Shown: one piece after another, positions 1 to 10,226 of the stretch
How positions within the stretch are numbered: the stretch's first letter is position 1
Layout: each line of letters starts with the position of its first letter
Assembly (NCBI GenBank): GCA_963727285.1
Contig: CAVSFF010000008.1
Span: forward strand, 6,857-70,856
Direction of reading: 5' to 3'
DNA: 64,000 bases
From: an uncultured Thermoleophilia bacterium
Lineage (GTDB): Bacteria > Actinomycetota > Thermoleophilia > Miltoncostaeales > Miltoncostaeaceae
Program-made: the position numbers and the translations under genes
The notes under the pieces: model-generated
Database searches by the model: none
Seen by the model: only the letters and a program-made list of their open reading frames with translations
What the model was told of the DNA's origin: nothing

Positions 1-41
1 TCACAATGGGCCCGATTCGGCGATCGTGGAGGGGCGAAGGG

Positions 42-1272
42 ATGGAACTCGGCGTCTACAGCTTCGGCGACACGCACAAGGACCCGCGGACAGGACGGAT
101 GGTCGGCGCTCACCAGCGCATCCGGGAGCTGATCGACGAAATCGCCCTTGCGGACCAGGTCGGGTTGGACGTCTTCGGGGTCGGCGAGCACCACCGTCCC
201 GATTTCTCGGTGTCGGCCCCGGCGATGGTGCTCGCCGCGGCGGCCGAGCGGACCGAGCGCATCCGCCTGACCAGCGCTGTCACGGTGCTGGGCTCCGAGG
301 ATCCCGTCCGTGTCTTTCAGCAGTACTCCACTTTGGATCTGCTGTCGGACGGACGGGCCGAGATCATGGCCGGCCGCGGTTCGTTCATCGAGTCGTTTCC
401 GTTGTTCGGATACGACCTGCAGGACTACGAGCCGCTGTTCGCCGAGAAGCTCGAGCTGCTGCTGGCCCTGCGCGAACACGAGACGATCACCTGGTCGGGA
501 CGCTATCGCGCCCCGCTCGATGCCCAAACCGTGTATCCGCGCCCCATTCAGACACCGCTGCCCGTCTGGATCGCCGTTGGCGGGACGCCGGCATCGGTCG
601 CCCGCGCCGGCCTGCTGGGGGTTCCCCTGGCGATCGCGATCATCGGCGGCATGCCGGCCCGATTCAAGCCGATGACCGACCTCTACCGCCAGGCGGCGGT
701 CGAGGGCGGGCACGACGTCGGGTCGCTCGAACTCGGAATCAATTCGTTCTGTTACATCGCGGACACGGCCGACCAGGCGGTCGCCGAGTTCTACCCGGGG
801 TACGCCGAGGTCATGGACCAGCTCGGGCGCGAGCGGGGATGGGGGCCGACCTCGCGCGGGCAATTCGACCAGTTGCGCAGCCCCCGGGGGTCGCTGCTGG
901 TCGGCAGCCCCGAGGAGATCGTGGACAAGATCCTCTACGAGCACGAGCTCTTCGGGCCATACCCGCTTCCTGGCGCAGATGGACGTCGGACGCCAGTCGC
1001 ATGACCGCGTCATGCGGTCGATCGAGCTGTTCGGAACGCGCGTCGCCCCGGCGGTGCGCCAGGCGATCGGCACTGGCGCGGCGGCCGCCGTGACGCCGGA
1101 CACGGTCACCTCAGGCGTAGGCCCGGCCGCTCGACGCCGTACCGAGACCCGGCACGTGAGCTCGGGCGCGGCGCGGCCGGAACGCCCCCATTCGCGGCCC
1201 GCGGGCGTCCTGACCGCGTCGCGGGGGTCCGTACCGCCGGGTGTCGCGGGAATCCTCACCCCGGCAGGTTGA
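42..1272 (+). pseudogene. LLM-class (luciferase-like) flavin-dependent oxidoreductase; frame broken near 955
   Basis: [10 protein letters not shown]...[11 protein letters not shown]...[11 protein letters not shown] is typical of the LLM family. After ...YEHELFG the conserved continuation [34 protein letters not shown] lies in the +1 frame (ORF 979..1272). The shift is at the gggcc run around 954-958. The C-terminal tail up to 1272 is uncertain. Confidence 0.7.
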
Positions 1273-2417
1273 GCCCGAGGGCGACGGCGGCAAGCCCGCA
1301 GAGGCCGCCCGCCACGATCACCACGACCGGGCGCTGGCGCAGCGCGATTGCCAGTCCGCCGCCGCCGAGGATCGCGACCTGCCACCAGGTCCCGAGCGCC
1401 AGCGTCAGCGGCACCGCGGCGCCGACGATCGCCCCGACGGCCGCCGGCCCGGCGCCGGCCAGGAACGCCTGCGCCCGGGCATTGGTGCGGAGGCGGACGA
1501 AATGACGCCCACCGATCAGCACGAAGGCGAACGACGGCGCAAATGCGATCGCACTCGCGAAGATGCCACCGGCGAGGCCGCCTGCCCCGTATCCGACGAC
1601 GGCGACGGTCTGGACGACCGGCCCGGGGGTCACCTGGCCGAGGGCGACGGCGCCGATGAACTCCGTGGAGGTCAGCCAGTGGTGTCCGACGGCGTCGGCC
1701 TGCATCAGCGGGATGATCACGAACCCCCCGCCATAGGACAGCGCGCCGACTTTGAGCGCCGTCCAGCCGAGTGCGAGCGCGGTGCCGGAGCCGACCCCCG
1801 CCGCACCGACACCGACGATCACCCCCCGGGCCGCCGGCCCGCTCTTCGGACCGAACCTCACGAGCGCGATCAGGCCACATCCGACGAGGGCCACGGCGAC
1901 CCATGCGCCCGTCAGGGCAGCCGTCCCGGCGCCGATCGCCAGGGCCGCGAGCCACCAGCGCAGGCCGGTCGTGCCCCGGGCGCGGTCCCGGCTGGCCGGG
2001 ATGAGCGCCCACGCCGCGGCGACGGCGACGGCGGGGACGACAGCCCCGGCGCCCGCTGCCGCACCGAGCACCCACCTCGACGGGTGCGGACCCAGGAGCA
2101 GGGCGCTCAGCGCGAGGATCACCACGAGGCCCGGCACGATGAACCCGAGCCCGCCCACGAGGGCCCCCCGCCACCCGCCCACACGGCGGGCGCAGTAGAT
2201 CGCCAACTGCGTCGAGGCGGGGCCCGGGAGCAGGTTGCAGGCGGCGATCGCGTCTTCGAACTCGGCCGGGTCGATCCACCCCGTCCGGTCCACGCACAGC
2301 GTGCGCAGCAACGTGATGTGCGCCGGGCGGCCCGCCGAAGCCGGTGATGCCGAGCCGTGCCCACTCACGGGCGATCCGGGACAGCGGTACGCGTTCCGCT
2401 GGCGGTGAGGCATCCAT
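1256..2417 (-). pseudogene. chrA: Chromate transporter ChrA (two CHR halves); frame broken near 2324
   Basis: AHITLLRTLCVDRTGWIDPAEFEDAIAACNLLPGPASTQLAIY and the second half ALSYGGGFVIIPLMQ...VALGQVTPGPVV match ChrA. The N-terminus MDASPPAERVPLSRIAREWARLGITGFGGPP is in another frame (ATG at 2417). One extra G sits in ccgcccGgcg. Confidence 0.75.
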
Positions 2418-2559
2418 CGATCGGCACCGTCGCAGATCGTGCTGTCTCCGGCGAGGGCGATGTGGCCGTCCGCAGCCGATGTGACATGGCGGCGCAGGGC
2501 AGGCGGGGCCGGTACGCTCCGCAGTCGAGTCAGAACGCGACCAGGAAGGGCAGGCGTCG

Positions 2560-2985
2560 TTGAGTACGCGCATCGATGACCCGCGGGTACAGATCGCCGT
2601 CGAGCTCCCGAGCGAGCCCGGCTCGCCGGGGTATGACGAGCTGTCGGGAATCGGGAGCGGCGAGAACCGTCCGAGCATGGATGTGATGTCCGGCTGGCCG
2701 TGGCTCGACCAGGACGTCCACAGGCGCGGCACCCGGCTGCTGACCGTCGGATTGCGGGTCTACGCGGCCCATCCCGAGGTCGAGCTGAACAATCTGCCGA
2801 CAATGTTCCTCGAGGCGGGAATGCGGCTGATGAAGGAGCTGGCCGGCTATGTCCTCGCCGGAGGCCAGCTCGAGCAGGATGACGTCATGCAGATGCGCGA
2901 CAGCCTCCCGTGCCTCGTGGGATTCCGACGGATTCCAGGGGAAACGCCGGACGACGAGATCGTTCGCGTGCTGCTGCTGTCCTGA
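2560..2985 (+). CDS. Hypothetical protein, possibly DUF4262-like
   Basis: Third-codon-position G/C bias clearly favours the plus strand over the overlapping minus ORF. TTG start with ggaaggg upstream. The pattern ...LLTVGLRVYAAHPEVELNNLP...LMKELAGYVLAGG resembles DUF4262 from memory only. Confidence 0.4.
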   Translation: MSTRIDDPRVQIAVELPSEPGSPGYDELSGIGSGENRPSMDVMSGWPWLDQDVHRRGTRLLTVGLRVYAAHPEVELNNLPTMFLEAGMRLMKELAGYVLAGGQLEQDDVMQMRDSLPCLVGFRRIPGETPDDEIVRVLLLS

Positions 2986-3176
2986 CTCAGACGTGGTCGG
3001 GTCGCTGCCCACACGCGACTATCAGCCCGGCGCCGACTCCGTGCTCCGGATGGGTCCGCTGGGGCTCCGGGGTACGACGTTTCACCGAAATGCCCCTATT
3101 TCACGGCTCTTTCGTCTGACGGTGCTGCTAGGTTCACCGCCGATGCGTCGTCATGTGCACCAGACCAGGAGTGACA

Positions 3177-3482
3177 ATGAACAAGACTGAATTTGTCGGG
3201 CTCGTAGCAAAGCGCGCCGAGGCCACCAACGCCGAGTCGCAGCGCTTTGTCCAGGCGGTCCTGGACGAGATCCTCGAGGCGCTGAAGCGGGGCGAGGATG
3301 TTGCTTTCGCTGGCTTTGGCAAGTTCTCGGTGTCTGAGCGCGCCGCCCGTACGGGCGTGAACCCGCAGGACCCGAGCAAGAAGGTCTCGATTCCCGCGCG
3401 TGTGGTTCCGCGCTTCACGCCCGGTGCCGTGCTCAAGGAGCAGGTCGCGACGGGGAACGCCAAGAAGGGCAAGAAGAAGTAG
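3177..3482 (+). CDS. hup: HU family nucleoid-associated DNA-binding protein with short lysine-rich tail
   Basis: MNKTEFVGLVA...FAGFGKFSVSERAARTGVNPQDPSKKVSIPARVVPRFTPG is the canonical HU fold signature. AGGAG lies 7-11 nt upstream of the ATG at 3177. Confidence 0.9.
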   Translation: MNKTEFVGLVAKRAEATNAESQRFVQAVLDEILEALKRGEDVAFAGFGKFSVSERAARTGVNPQDPSKKVSIPARVVPRFTPGAVLKEQVATGNAKKGKKK

Positions 3483-3516
3483 TTCGTCGCGCGGGCTACC
3501 GGCCCGCAGGTGGCTG

Positions 3517-3540
3517 GGCGGGGGCGGTTTGCCGCCCCCG
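3517..3540 (+). terminator. Putative intrinsic terminator hairpin after hup
   Basis: Perfect 10-bp G/C stem gcgggggcgg / ccgcccccgc with a tttg loop, 35 nt after the hup stop. There is no U-tract, which is common in high-GC genomes. Confidence 0.4.
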
Positions 3541-3767
3541 CACGCTGCCCCGCGGCCACGTCTCCGGTCGTGGTCCGTGTCGTCCGCCGGACGGCGGGCG
3601 ATTGCCGTGTCGCGGTGTGCCCTTGTCGCGCGGCCTGCTAATGTGTCGATCCGCCGCGGGAACGTGGCGTCACCGTTATGAGAAACCTCATCACCGCACA
3701 TATCGCCCACTCCCGCGTGGCCCCCAACGTCGTTCGAGGTGCTGTCGAAGCGTGCATCAGGTAGTGC

Positions 3768-4373
3768 TTGCCTCCTAGAAGAGGTCCAGATACGCGCCCC
3801 CCGGCCGGCCCGTCGACACGCATCAACGATGCGATCCGGGTTGAGTCGGTCCGTCTGATCGATCATCACGGCGAGAACGTCGGGATCGTTCCGATCGCGC
3901 GCGCCCAGCAGATCGCCAACGATGCCAACCTCGACCTGGTCGAGGTTGCCGCGGAGGCCCGTCCGCCGGTGGTCCGGATCATGGACTACGGCAAGTGGCG
4001 CTACGAGCAGGAGCAGAAGGCCAAGCAGGCCCGCAAGCACCAGAGCCAGATCGTCATCAAAGAGATCAAGTTCCGGCCGAAGATCGATCCGCACGACTAC
4101 GCCACCAAGAAGGGGCACGTCGAGCGCTTTCTGCGCCACAAGGACAAAGTCAAGATCACGATCATGTTCCGGGGCCGGGAGCTCTTGCATCCTGAGCGCG
4201 GAGAGGCCATTCTTCTTCGGCTCGCAGAAGAACTGAGCGACCTCGCCCTGATCGAGAGCCGTCCGAACCTGGACGGGCGCAACATGGTGATGATGCTGGC
4301 CCCGCTGCGGGACGTCTCCGCAGGCGCGCCTGTCGCGAGCACCGACAACTCCGCAACGTCTGAGACTGCCTGA
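3768..4373 (+). CDS. infC: Translation initiation factor IF-3
   Basis: RINDAIRVESVRLIDHHGENVGIVPI...DLVEVAAEARPPVVRIMDYGKWRYEQ...IKFRPKIDPHDY...MFRGRE. The true start codon is unresolved; the TTG at 3768 is only the ORF-track start, and infC is known for atypical start codons. Confidence 0.85.
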   Translation: MPPRRGPDTRPPAGPSTRINDAIRVESVRLIDHHGENVGIVPIARAQQIANDANLDLVEVAAEARPPVVRIMDYGKWRYEQEQKAKQARKHQSQIVIKEIKFRPKIDPHDYATKKGHVERFLRHKDKVKITIMFRGRELLHPERGEAILLRLAEELSDLALIESRPNLDGRNMVMMLAPLRDVSAGAPVASTDNSATSETA

Positions 4374-4374
4374 T

Positions 4375-4572
4375 ATGCCCAAGATGAAGACCAATAAGGC
4401 CGCAAGCAAGCGCTTTCGCGTGACGCCCAAGGGCAAGGTCCTGTTCGGCGCGGCCGGGTTGCGTCACAACATGGAAAACATGTCCGGAAAGAACAAGCGC
4501 CGCCAGGCACGCAACCACGAGCTCCCCAGCGAGCACGCCGCGACGGCTCTTCGACTGTTGGGGAAGCGTTAG
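4375..4572 (+). CDS. rpmI: 50S ribosomal protein L35
   Basis: [22 protein letters not shown]... 65 aa, starting 2 nt after the infC stop. Confidence 0.95.
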   Translation: MPKMKTNKAASKRFRVTPKGKVLFGAAGLRHNMENMSGKNKRRQARNHELPSEHAATALRLLGKR

Positions 4573-4574
4573 AG

Positions 4575-4943
4575 ATGGCTCGTGTGAAGCGTTCGGTCGC
4601 CGCCCGCAAGAAGCGGCGCAAGATCCTTGGCCAGGCCCGTGGCTACTGGGGCACCAAGAAGTCCAGCTACCGCCGCGCGAAGGAGCAGGTGCAGCGCTCG
4701 CTGCGGTACCAGTACCGCGATCGCCGGGTCCGCAAGCGTGAATTCCGTCGGCTGTGGATCGCGCGTATCAACGCTGCCGCCCGCGAGAACGGCCTGACCT
4801 ATGGTGAGTTCATCCACGGCCTGTCGCTGGCCGGTATCGAACTGAACCGGAAGGTGCTGGCGGACCTGGCGGTGCACGAGCCCGAGGCGTTCGCCGGTCT
4901 CTGCGTGCGGGCGCGCGATGCCCGCCAAGCCGCCTCCGTCTAG
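4575..4943 (+). CDS. rplT: 50S ribosomal protein L20
   Basis: [26 protein letters not shown]...[24 protein letters not shown]. Confidence 0.95.
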   Translation: MARVKRSVAARKKRRKILGQARGYWGTKKSSYRRAKEQVQRSLRYQYRDRRVRKREFRRLWIARINAAARENGLTYGEFIHGLSLAGIELNRKVLADLAVHEPEAFAGLCVRARDARQAASV

Positions 4944-5787
4944 CCGCGGAGCACGCCGCGGGCCGCATCTGCGGCCCCTCACATCGGCGCGGAACCCGCA
5001 GCTGAAGCTGCTGCGGACCCTTGCCAACAAGCGCGCGCGCCGCGAGCAGCGCCTGATGGTTGCCGAGGGCGAAGATCTGATCGTCGCCGGGCTGGCGCAC
5101 GGGGTGCGCCCGGCGGTCCTGCTGGTCGATGCAGAACGGGTCGACGAAATCGCTCCGTTGCTGGCCCAGCTAGCGGACGTCCAGGAGGCCTACGCGGTCC
5201 CCCACCAACTGCTCGCCCAGGCGTCGCAGCTGGCAGCTCCGCCGCGCGTGCTGGGGATTCTGCCGCAGCCCGGGCCGTGGGCGTTTCGTGACGTCAGCTT
5301 TCCGCCGTCGCTTGCCCTGTGGCTCGCCGGCGTCGCAGATCCCGGCAATGTCGGCACGTTGGTCCGCAGCGCGGCTGCGCTTGGCGCCGACTGGGTCGCC
5401 CTTGGCCCCGGATCGGCCGACCCCTTCCATACCCGTGCCGTTCGTGCGGCGATGGGATCGACGTTCGCGATCCCGCTGTTGGAGGGCGTGCGCGGCGAGG
5501 ATCTGGCCTCGCGCTCCGGCTTCCGGGTGATCGCCGCGGTCGTCGGCGATGCGCGACCGCCGTGGGAGGTCGATCTGACCGGCCCGGTCGTGATCGCGCT
5601 CGGGGGAGAACGGGAAGGACTCGCGCCGGGGTTGGAGCAGCTGGGGGCCGGTGTGCCCGTCGACCGCGTGACGATTCCGCAGACGGCCGGCGCGGAATCG
5701 CTCAACGTCGCGGCCGCCGGGGCGATCCTGCTGGCCGAGGCGGTGCGGCAGCGCAGCGCGGGCTCGTCGCGGCAAGCGGTCCTGTAG
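4918..5787 (+). CDS. TrmH/SpoU family RNA 2'-O-methyltransferase
   Basis: [15 protein letters not shown]...VAEGEDLI, then SpoU motifs [30 protein letters not shown] and [13 protein letters not shown]. The only canonical start is the ATG at 4918, overlapping rplT by 26 nt. Confidence 0.8.
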   Translation: MPAKPPPSSRGARRGPHLRPLTSARNPQLKLLRTLANKRARREQRLMVAEGEDLIVAGLAHGVRPAVLLVDAERVDEIAPLLAQLADVQEAYAVPHQLLAQASQLAAPPRVLGILPQPGPWAFRDVSFPPSLALWLAGVADPGNVGTLVRSAAALGADWVALGPGSADPFHTRAVRAAMGSTFAIPLLEGVRGEDLASRSGFRVIAAVVGDARPPWEVDLTGPVVIALGGEREGLAPGLEQLGAGVPVDRVTIPQTAGAESLNVAAAGAILLAEAVRQRSAGSSRQAVL

Positions 5788-5798
5788 CCTCAGACGCC

Positions 5799-6809
5799 GT
5801 GGCAACGGCTGACGACATCGCCCAGATCCGGGACCGCGCGCTGGCCGACACGGCCGGTGCGAACACGGTTGCCGCACTCGACGACGTGCGGGTTCACCAC
5901 ACCGGGCGCAAGAGCACGTTGTCCGAAATCCTGGCCTCGATCGGCACGCTGCCTCCCGACGAGCGGGGGAGCGTCGGCAAGGCCGCAAACATCGCCCGGC
6001 GGGACATCGAGGCGGCGCTGGCGGAGCGCAAGGCCGCCTTGGAGGCGTCGGAACTCGCCGCGCAGCTGACGGGCGACCGCACCGACGTCACGCTTCCCGG
6101 TGACCCGTATCCACGTGGGGCGTTGCACCTGCTCAGCCAGGTGCGGCTCGAGATCGAGGACATCTTCCTGGCACTTGGCTATGAGATCGCCGACGGCCCC
6201 GAGGTCGAGACCGAGCATTACAACTTCACCGCGCTCAATACGCCCGACGGACACCCGGCGCGCTCGTCGTCGGACACCTTCTACGTCGACGGGACACCGG
6301 GCACGATCCTGCGGACCCAGACCTCCTCGGTGCAGGTCCGGGTCATGGAGGCCCGCACGCCCCCGCTGTATGTCATCAGCCCGGGTGCGGTCTACCGCCG
6401 CGACGACGTCGACGCGACCCATAGCCCGATGTTTCACCAGCTCGAAGGGCTCGCGGTCGACGAGGGGCTGTCGTTGGCCCACCTGATCGGCACGCTCAAG
6501 CACGTCGCCGGGCAGCTGTTGGGCTCGACCGAGTACCGCATCATCCCGGATTTCTTTCCGTTCACCGAGCCGTCGATCCAGCTCTTGGTGCGCTGGACCG
6601 ATCGGTCCGGCAAGAGCTCCTGGATGGAGTTGCTCGGCGCCGGCATGGTCGACCCCAACGTGTTCACTTTTGCCGGATACGACAGCGAGCGCTGGACCGG
6701 GTTCGCCTTCGGCATGGGTCTCGACCGGATTGCCATGGTGCGTCACGGCGTGCCCGACCTGCGCATGCTCTTCGAGGGCGATTTGCGCTTTCTCGACCAG
6801 TTCTCCTGA
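5799..6809 (+). CDS. pheS: Phenylalanine--tRNA ligase alpha subunit
   Basis: HPLSQVRLEIEDIFLALGYEI..., FTALNTPDGHPARSSSDTFY, FHQLEGL, FPFTEPS and GFAFGMGLDRIAM. GTG start at 5799, just after the TrmH stop. Confidence 0.9.
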   Translation: MATADDIAQIRDRALADTAGANTVAALDDVRVHHTGRKSTLSEILASIGTLPPDERGSVGKAANIARRDIEAALAERKAALEASELAAQLTGDRTDVTLPGDPYPRGALHLLSQVRLEIEDIFLALGYEIADGPEVETEHYNFTALNTPDGHPARSSSDTFYVDGTPGTILRTQTSSVQVRVMEARTPPLYVISPGAVYRRDDVDATHSPMFHQLEGLAVDEGLSLAHLIGTLKHVAGQLLGSTEYRIIPDFFPFTEPSIQLLVRWTDRSGKSSWMELLGAGMVDPNVFTFAGYDSERWTGFAFGMGLDRIAMVRHGVPDLRMLFEGDLRFLDQFS

Positions 6810-6819
6810 TCCGAGCCCG

Positions 6820-9243
6820 ATGAAACTCCCACTTTCCTGGCTTCGCGAATACGTGCACCCCGCGCTGGACGATGCGGCCCTGGCCGACCACATCACCGAC
6901 GCCGGTCCCGCCGTCGAGGCGGTCCACCATTTGCGCGTGCCTCAGGCCGACGGAAATCTCGAGCACTTCCGCGTCGGTCGGGTCGTCTCTGCGGAGCAGC
7001 ACCCGAACGCCGACCGCCTGCGTGTCTGCCGGGTCGACCTGGGCGAACCCGAGCTGCGCCAGATCGTGTGCGGCGCCCCGAACGTCGGTGCGGGCCAAAA
7101 CGTCGCGGTCGCGCTGCCGGGCGCCGTCCTCGGGGACCATCCGCCGTTGGGCAAGGTCACGCTGCGCGGCGTCGAGAGCCGGGGCATGATCTGCTCAGAG
7201 TCCGAGTTGGAGCTGGCCACCGACTCGGCGGGGATCATGGTGCTCCCCGACGACATTCCCGCGGGGACGCCCGTCGCCGAGGTCCTGCCGATCTCCGACA
7301 CCGTGTTCGAGCTCGAGCTCACCTCGAACCGTCCCGATCTGATGGGCATCTACGGCATCGCCCGCGAGGTCCACGCGATCACCTCCGCCCCGCTGGCGGC
7401 GCTCGACGCCTCCGAGCCGGAGGCGACCGGTGTCGGGTCGGTGGGTGACTACGTGAGTCTGCGGGTCGAGGCACCGGACCTCTGCCCGCGGTACATGGCC
7501 CGCGTCATCACCGACGTGCAGGTCGGCCCGTCGCCGGTGTGGCTGCGCGCGCGGCTCGAGGCCGCCGGGATGCGGGCGATCTCGAATGTCGTGGACATCA
7601 CCAATTATGTGATGCTGCTGACCGGACAACCCCTCCACGCATTCGACCTCGACACGATGGCCGGTCCGGCCATCGTCGTGCGCCGCGCCCACGACGGCGA
7701 GCCGATTACGACCCTCGACGGCCAGGCCCGGACGATGGACGCCGACGTGCTGGCGATCTGTGACGCCGAACGCCCCGCCGTGATCGCGGGGATCATGGGC
7801 GCCGAAGACGTCGAGGTCTCTGCGTCGACGACCAGCGTGGTGCTCGAGGCGGCGACCTTCGACGGTCCCGCGGTCCTTCATGCCGCGCTGCGGCTGGGGC
7901 TCCGCAGCGAGTCGAGCGCCCGCTTTGAGAAGGGGCTCCCGGTCGAACTCCCGCCGGTGGCGATGGCGATCGCCAGCCGCTTGCTCGTCGAGCTCTGTGG
8001 GGGACGATTGGTCGCCGGAACCCTCGATGAGCAAGCACCCGCGCCGGCCGTGACCCCGGTCGCGCTCCGGCACGCCCGCTGCAACGCGGTCCTGGGACTC
8101 GACATCGCCCCCGACGAATCGGCAGCGATCTTGCGCCGCCTCGGGTGCGAGGTCGACGAGGGGCCGGACGCGCACGAGGTGATCGTGCCCTACACCCGGC
8201 GCCGCGACGTCAACCGTGAGATCGACCTGATCGAGGAGGTCGCGCGGATTCACGGATACGGACGGATCCCGGCCCAGCTGCCGCGGATGGTCGGCAACGG
8301 GACGCGGACCGCCGCCCAGCGCCGTGTCGAGCGCCTGCGTCGGTACATGGCCGACCAAGGATTCTCGGAAATCGTCAGCTATCGGTTTGTGCCGGCCGGT
8401 GACGTCGATCGACTGCGGCTGGACGACGACGATCCCCGGCGTCGCCTGGTGCGTCTGGCGAACCCGATCTCCGAGGAGATGGCGGTGATGCGCCGGTCGA
8501 TGATGCCGGGACTGTTGCGGGCGGCCGCCCACAACCAGCGCCACCAGTGCTCCCACGGCGCCCTGTTCGAGTTCGGGCGCACCTATGCACCGGCGCCCGA
8601 CGGCCGAGCCGAAGAGCGCGAGTTCCTGGCGGCGCTCGTGTTCGGCGCCCCGAGTCCCGACCACTGGCGCGCTCCGCTGGCGCACGTCGACGTCCATGCC
8701 GCAGTCGGGCTGGCACAGGCCCTGTGCTCTCTGACGGGGGTACGGCCCGGCGTCGACCGCAACGAGGCGCCGTATTTCCACCCGGTGCGGCAGGCCCGCC
8801 TGGTCGCCCACGACCGCATCGTCGCCTGGGCGGGAGAAGTCCACCCGCTGGTGCTGCGCAACTTTGACGTGACGGGGCCGACCGCCGTCGTCGTGGTCGA
8901 TCTCGACGCGCTCGGCGCCGTCGCGCCGAGCGGCGTGCCCCAGTTCGAGGATCTGCTGACCTACCCGGCCTCGACACGTGATCTGGCCTTTGTCGTCGGC
9001 GACGACATCGCGGCCTCGACGTTGGTCGCCACGGCGCGCCAGGCGGGCGGCGCGCTGGTGCGGGATGCCCGTGTCTTCGACCGCTACGCCGGGGAGCAGA
9101 TCGGCGCGCACCGGGTGAGCTTGGCCATCCGTCTCGTGATCGCCGACCCCACGCGGACGCTGACCGACGAGGAGATCACCGACGCCGTTGCCCGCGTACG
9201 GACGGCACTGGCCGATGAACACGGCGCGGAGTTGCGGGCATGA
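6820..9243 (+). CDS. pheT: Phenylalanine--tRNA ligase beta subunit
   Basis: MKLPLSWLREYV..., tRNA-binding domain HPNADRLRVCRVDLG, B3/4 and B5 regions, and the C-terminal anticodon-binding-like region. Confidence 0.9.
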   Translation: MKLPLSWLREYVHPALDDAALADHITDAGPAVEAVHHLRVPQADGNLEHFRVGRVVSAEQHPNADRLRVCRVDLGEPELRQIVCGAPNVGAGQNVAVALPGAVLGDHPPLGKVTLRGVESRGMICSESELELATDSAGIMVLPDDIPAGTPVAEVLPISDTVFELELTSNRPDLMGIYGIAREVHAITSAPLAALDASEPEATGVGSVGDYVSLRVEAPDLCPRYMARVITDVQVGPSPVWLRARLEAAGMRAISNVVDITNYVMLLTGQPLHAFDLDTMAGPAIVVRRAHDGEPITTLDGQARTMDADVLAICDAERPAVIAGIMGAEDVEVSASTTSVVLEAATFDGPAVLHAALRLGLRSESSARFEKGLPVELPPVAMAIASRLLVELCGGRLVAGTLDEQAPAPAVTPVALRHARCNAVLGLDIAPDESAAILRRLGCEVDEGPDAHEVIVPYTRRRDVNREIDLIEEVARIHGYGRIPAQLPRMVGNGTRTAAQRRVERLRRYMADQGFSEIVSYRFVPAGDVDRLRLDDDDPRRRLVRLANPISEEMAVMRRSMMPGLLRAAAHNQRHQCSHGALFEFGRTYAPAPDGRAEEREFLAALVFGAPSPDHWRAPLAHVDVHAAVGLAQALCSLTGVRPGVDRNEAPYFHPVRQARLVAHDRIVAWAGEVHPLVLRNFDVTGPTAVVVVDLDALGAVAPSGVPQFEDLLTYPASTRDLAFVVGDDIAASTLVATARQAGGALVRDARVFDRYAGEQIGAHRVSLAIRLVIADPTRTLTDEEITDAVARVRTALADEHGAELRA

Positions 9244-10226
9244 GCGGCGAAACGGTCCACGTTCTCGGGGCGGCGGGATTTGCCGGTGCGCAACTGGCGG
9301 CGCTCGTCGATGCCCACCCGTACTTCGCGCTCGGGACCGTGACCGCCCGCAGCGACGCCGGCCGCCGCCTGGTCGACATCTACCCCGAATACCGCGTCCC
9401 GGCGGTCCTGAGCGAGCTCGACATCGCGGCGATCGCGCCCGGCGACTTCGCCGCGGTCTGCTACCCGCACGCCGAGGCGTCCGAGCTCGTGGCGACGCTC
9501 GTCGACCGCGGTGTGCGCGTCGTCGACGTCTCGGCCGATCATCGGCTCCACAGCGCGGCGCTCTATCCCGAGGTCTACGGGTTTACGCACCCGCGCGAGG
9601 ACCTGCTGGCAGAGGCCGTCTACGGGCTGCCGGAGCTGCACCGCGATGCCATTCGCGGCGCCCGGTTGGTCGCGAACCCGGGGTGCTTCCCGACGGCGGC
9701 GCTGCTGGCGTTGCTGCCGGTTCGGGATCACGTCGTCCACGTCGTCGTCGACGCCAAGAGCGGCGTCTCCGGGGCGGGTCGGACGCCCACGGCGTCGGTG
9801 CACTTCTCCTCGGTGACCGAGAGCGTGATCCCGTACAAGGTGCTCACCCACCGGCACGCACCCGAGATCGCCCAGGAATTCGGGCAAGAGGTGCTGTTTA
9901 CCCCGCATCTGGTGCCGGCCGACCGCGGCCTGCTGGCCTCGTGCTACGGGCGATTTATCGGCGACACCCCGCATCCGGACGATCTTCGTGAGGCGTACCG
10001 GCGGTTCTACGAGCCGCATCCGTTTGTCGAGATCGTCGACGGGCCGCCCGGGATGCATGCGGTCCAGCGCAACAACTTCGCCCAGGTGTTCGTCACTACC
10101 GAGCCGCGGCGGGGGCTGTTTGTCGGATTCGGCGTGATCGACAATCTGGTCAAGGGTGCCGCGGGGCAGGCCGTGCAGAACCTGAACCTGATGGCAGGAC
10201 GCCCGGAGACCGAAGGCCTCGTGTGA
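9240..10226 (+). CDS. argC: N-acetyl-gamma-glutamyl-phosphate reductase
   Basis: VLGAAGFAGAQL..., active-site LVANPGCFPTAALLAL and DAKSGVSGAGR. ATGA overlap with the pheT stop. Confidence 0.9.
   Translation: MSGETVHVLGAAGFAGAQLAALVDAHPYFALGTVTARSDAGRRLVDIYPEYRVPAVLSELDIAAIAPGDFAAVCYPHAEASELVATLVDRGVRVVDVSADHRLHSAALYPEVYGFTHPREDLLAEAVYGLPELHRDAIRGARLVANPGCFPTAALLALLPVRDHVVHVVVDAKSGVSGAGRTPTASVHFSSVTESVIPYKVLTHRHAPEIAQEFGQEVLFTPHLVPADRGLLASCYGRFIGDTPHPDDLREAYRRFYEPHPFVEIVDGPPGMHAVQRNNFAQVFVTTEPRRGLFVGFGVIDNLVKGAAGQAVQNLNLMAGRPETEGLV

Noticed and set aside
1241-2347. 368-aa plus-strand ORF rich in R/G/D/P/E
   Set aside because: It is antisense to the chrA membrane-protein frame. Its composition is low-complexity, as expected of shadow ORFs in high-GC DNA, and it has no recognisable motifs.
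3080-3176. Promoter for hup (repeated tttcac motifs, taggtt)
   Set aside because: I could not find a -35/-10 pair with acceptable spacing, so calling a promoter would be guesswork.
3096-4436. 446-aa minus-strand ORF
   Set aside because: It is antisense to hup and infC, whose identities are unambiguous. It is a typical high-GC shadow frame.
7195-9222. 675-aa minus-strand ORF
   Set aside because: It is antisense to pheT, is R/G/D/P-rich, and has no motifs.
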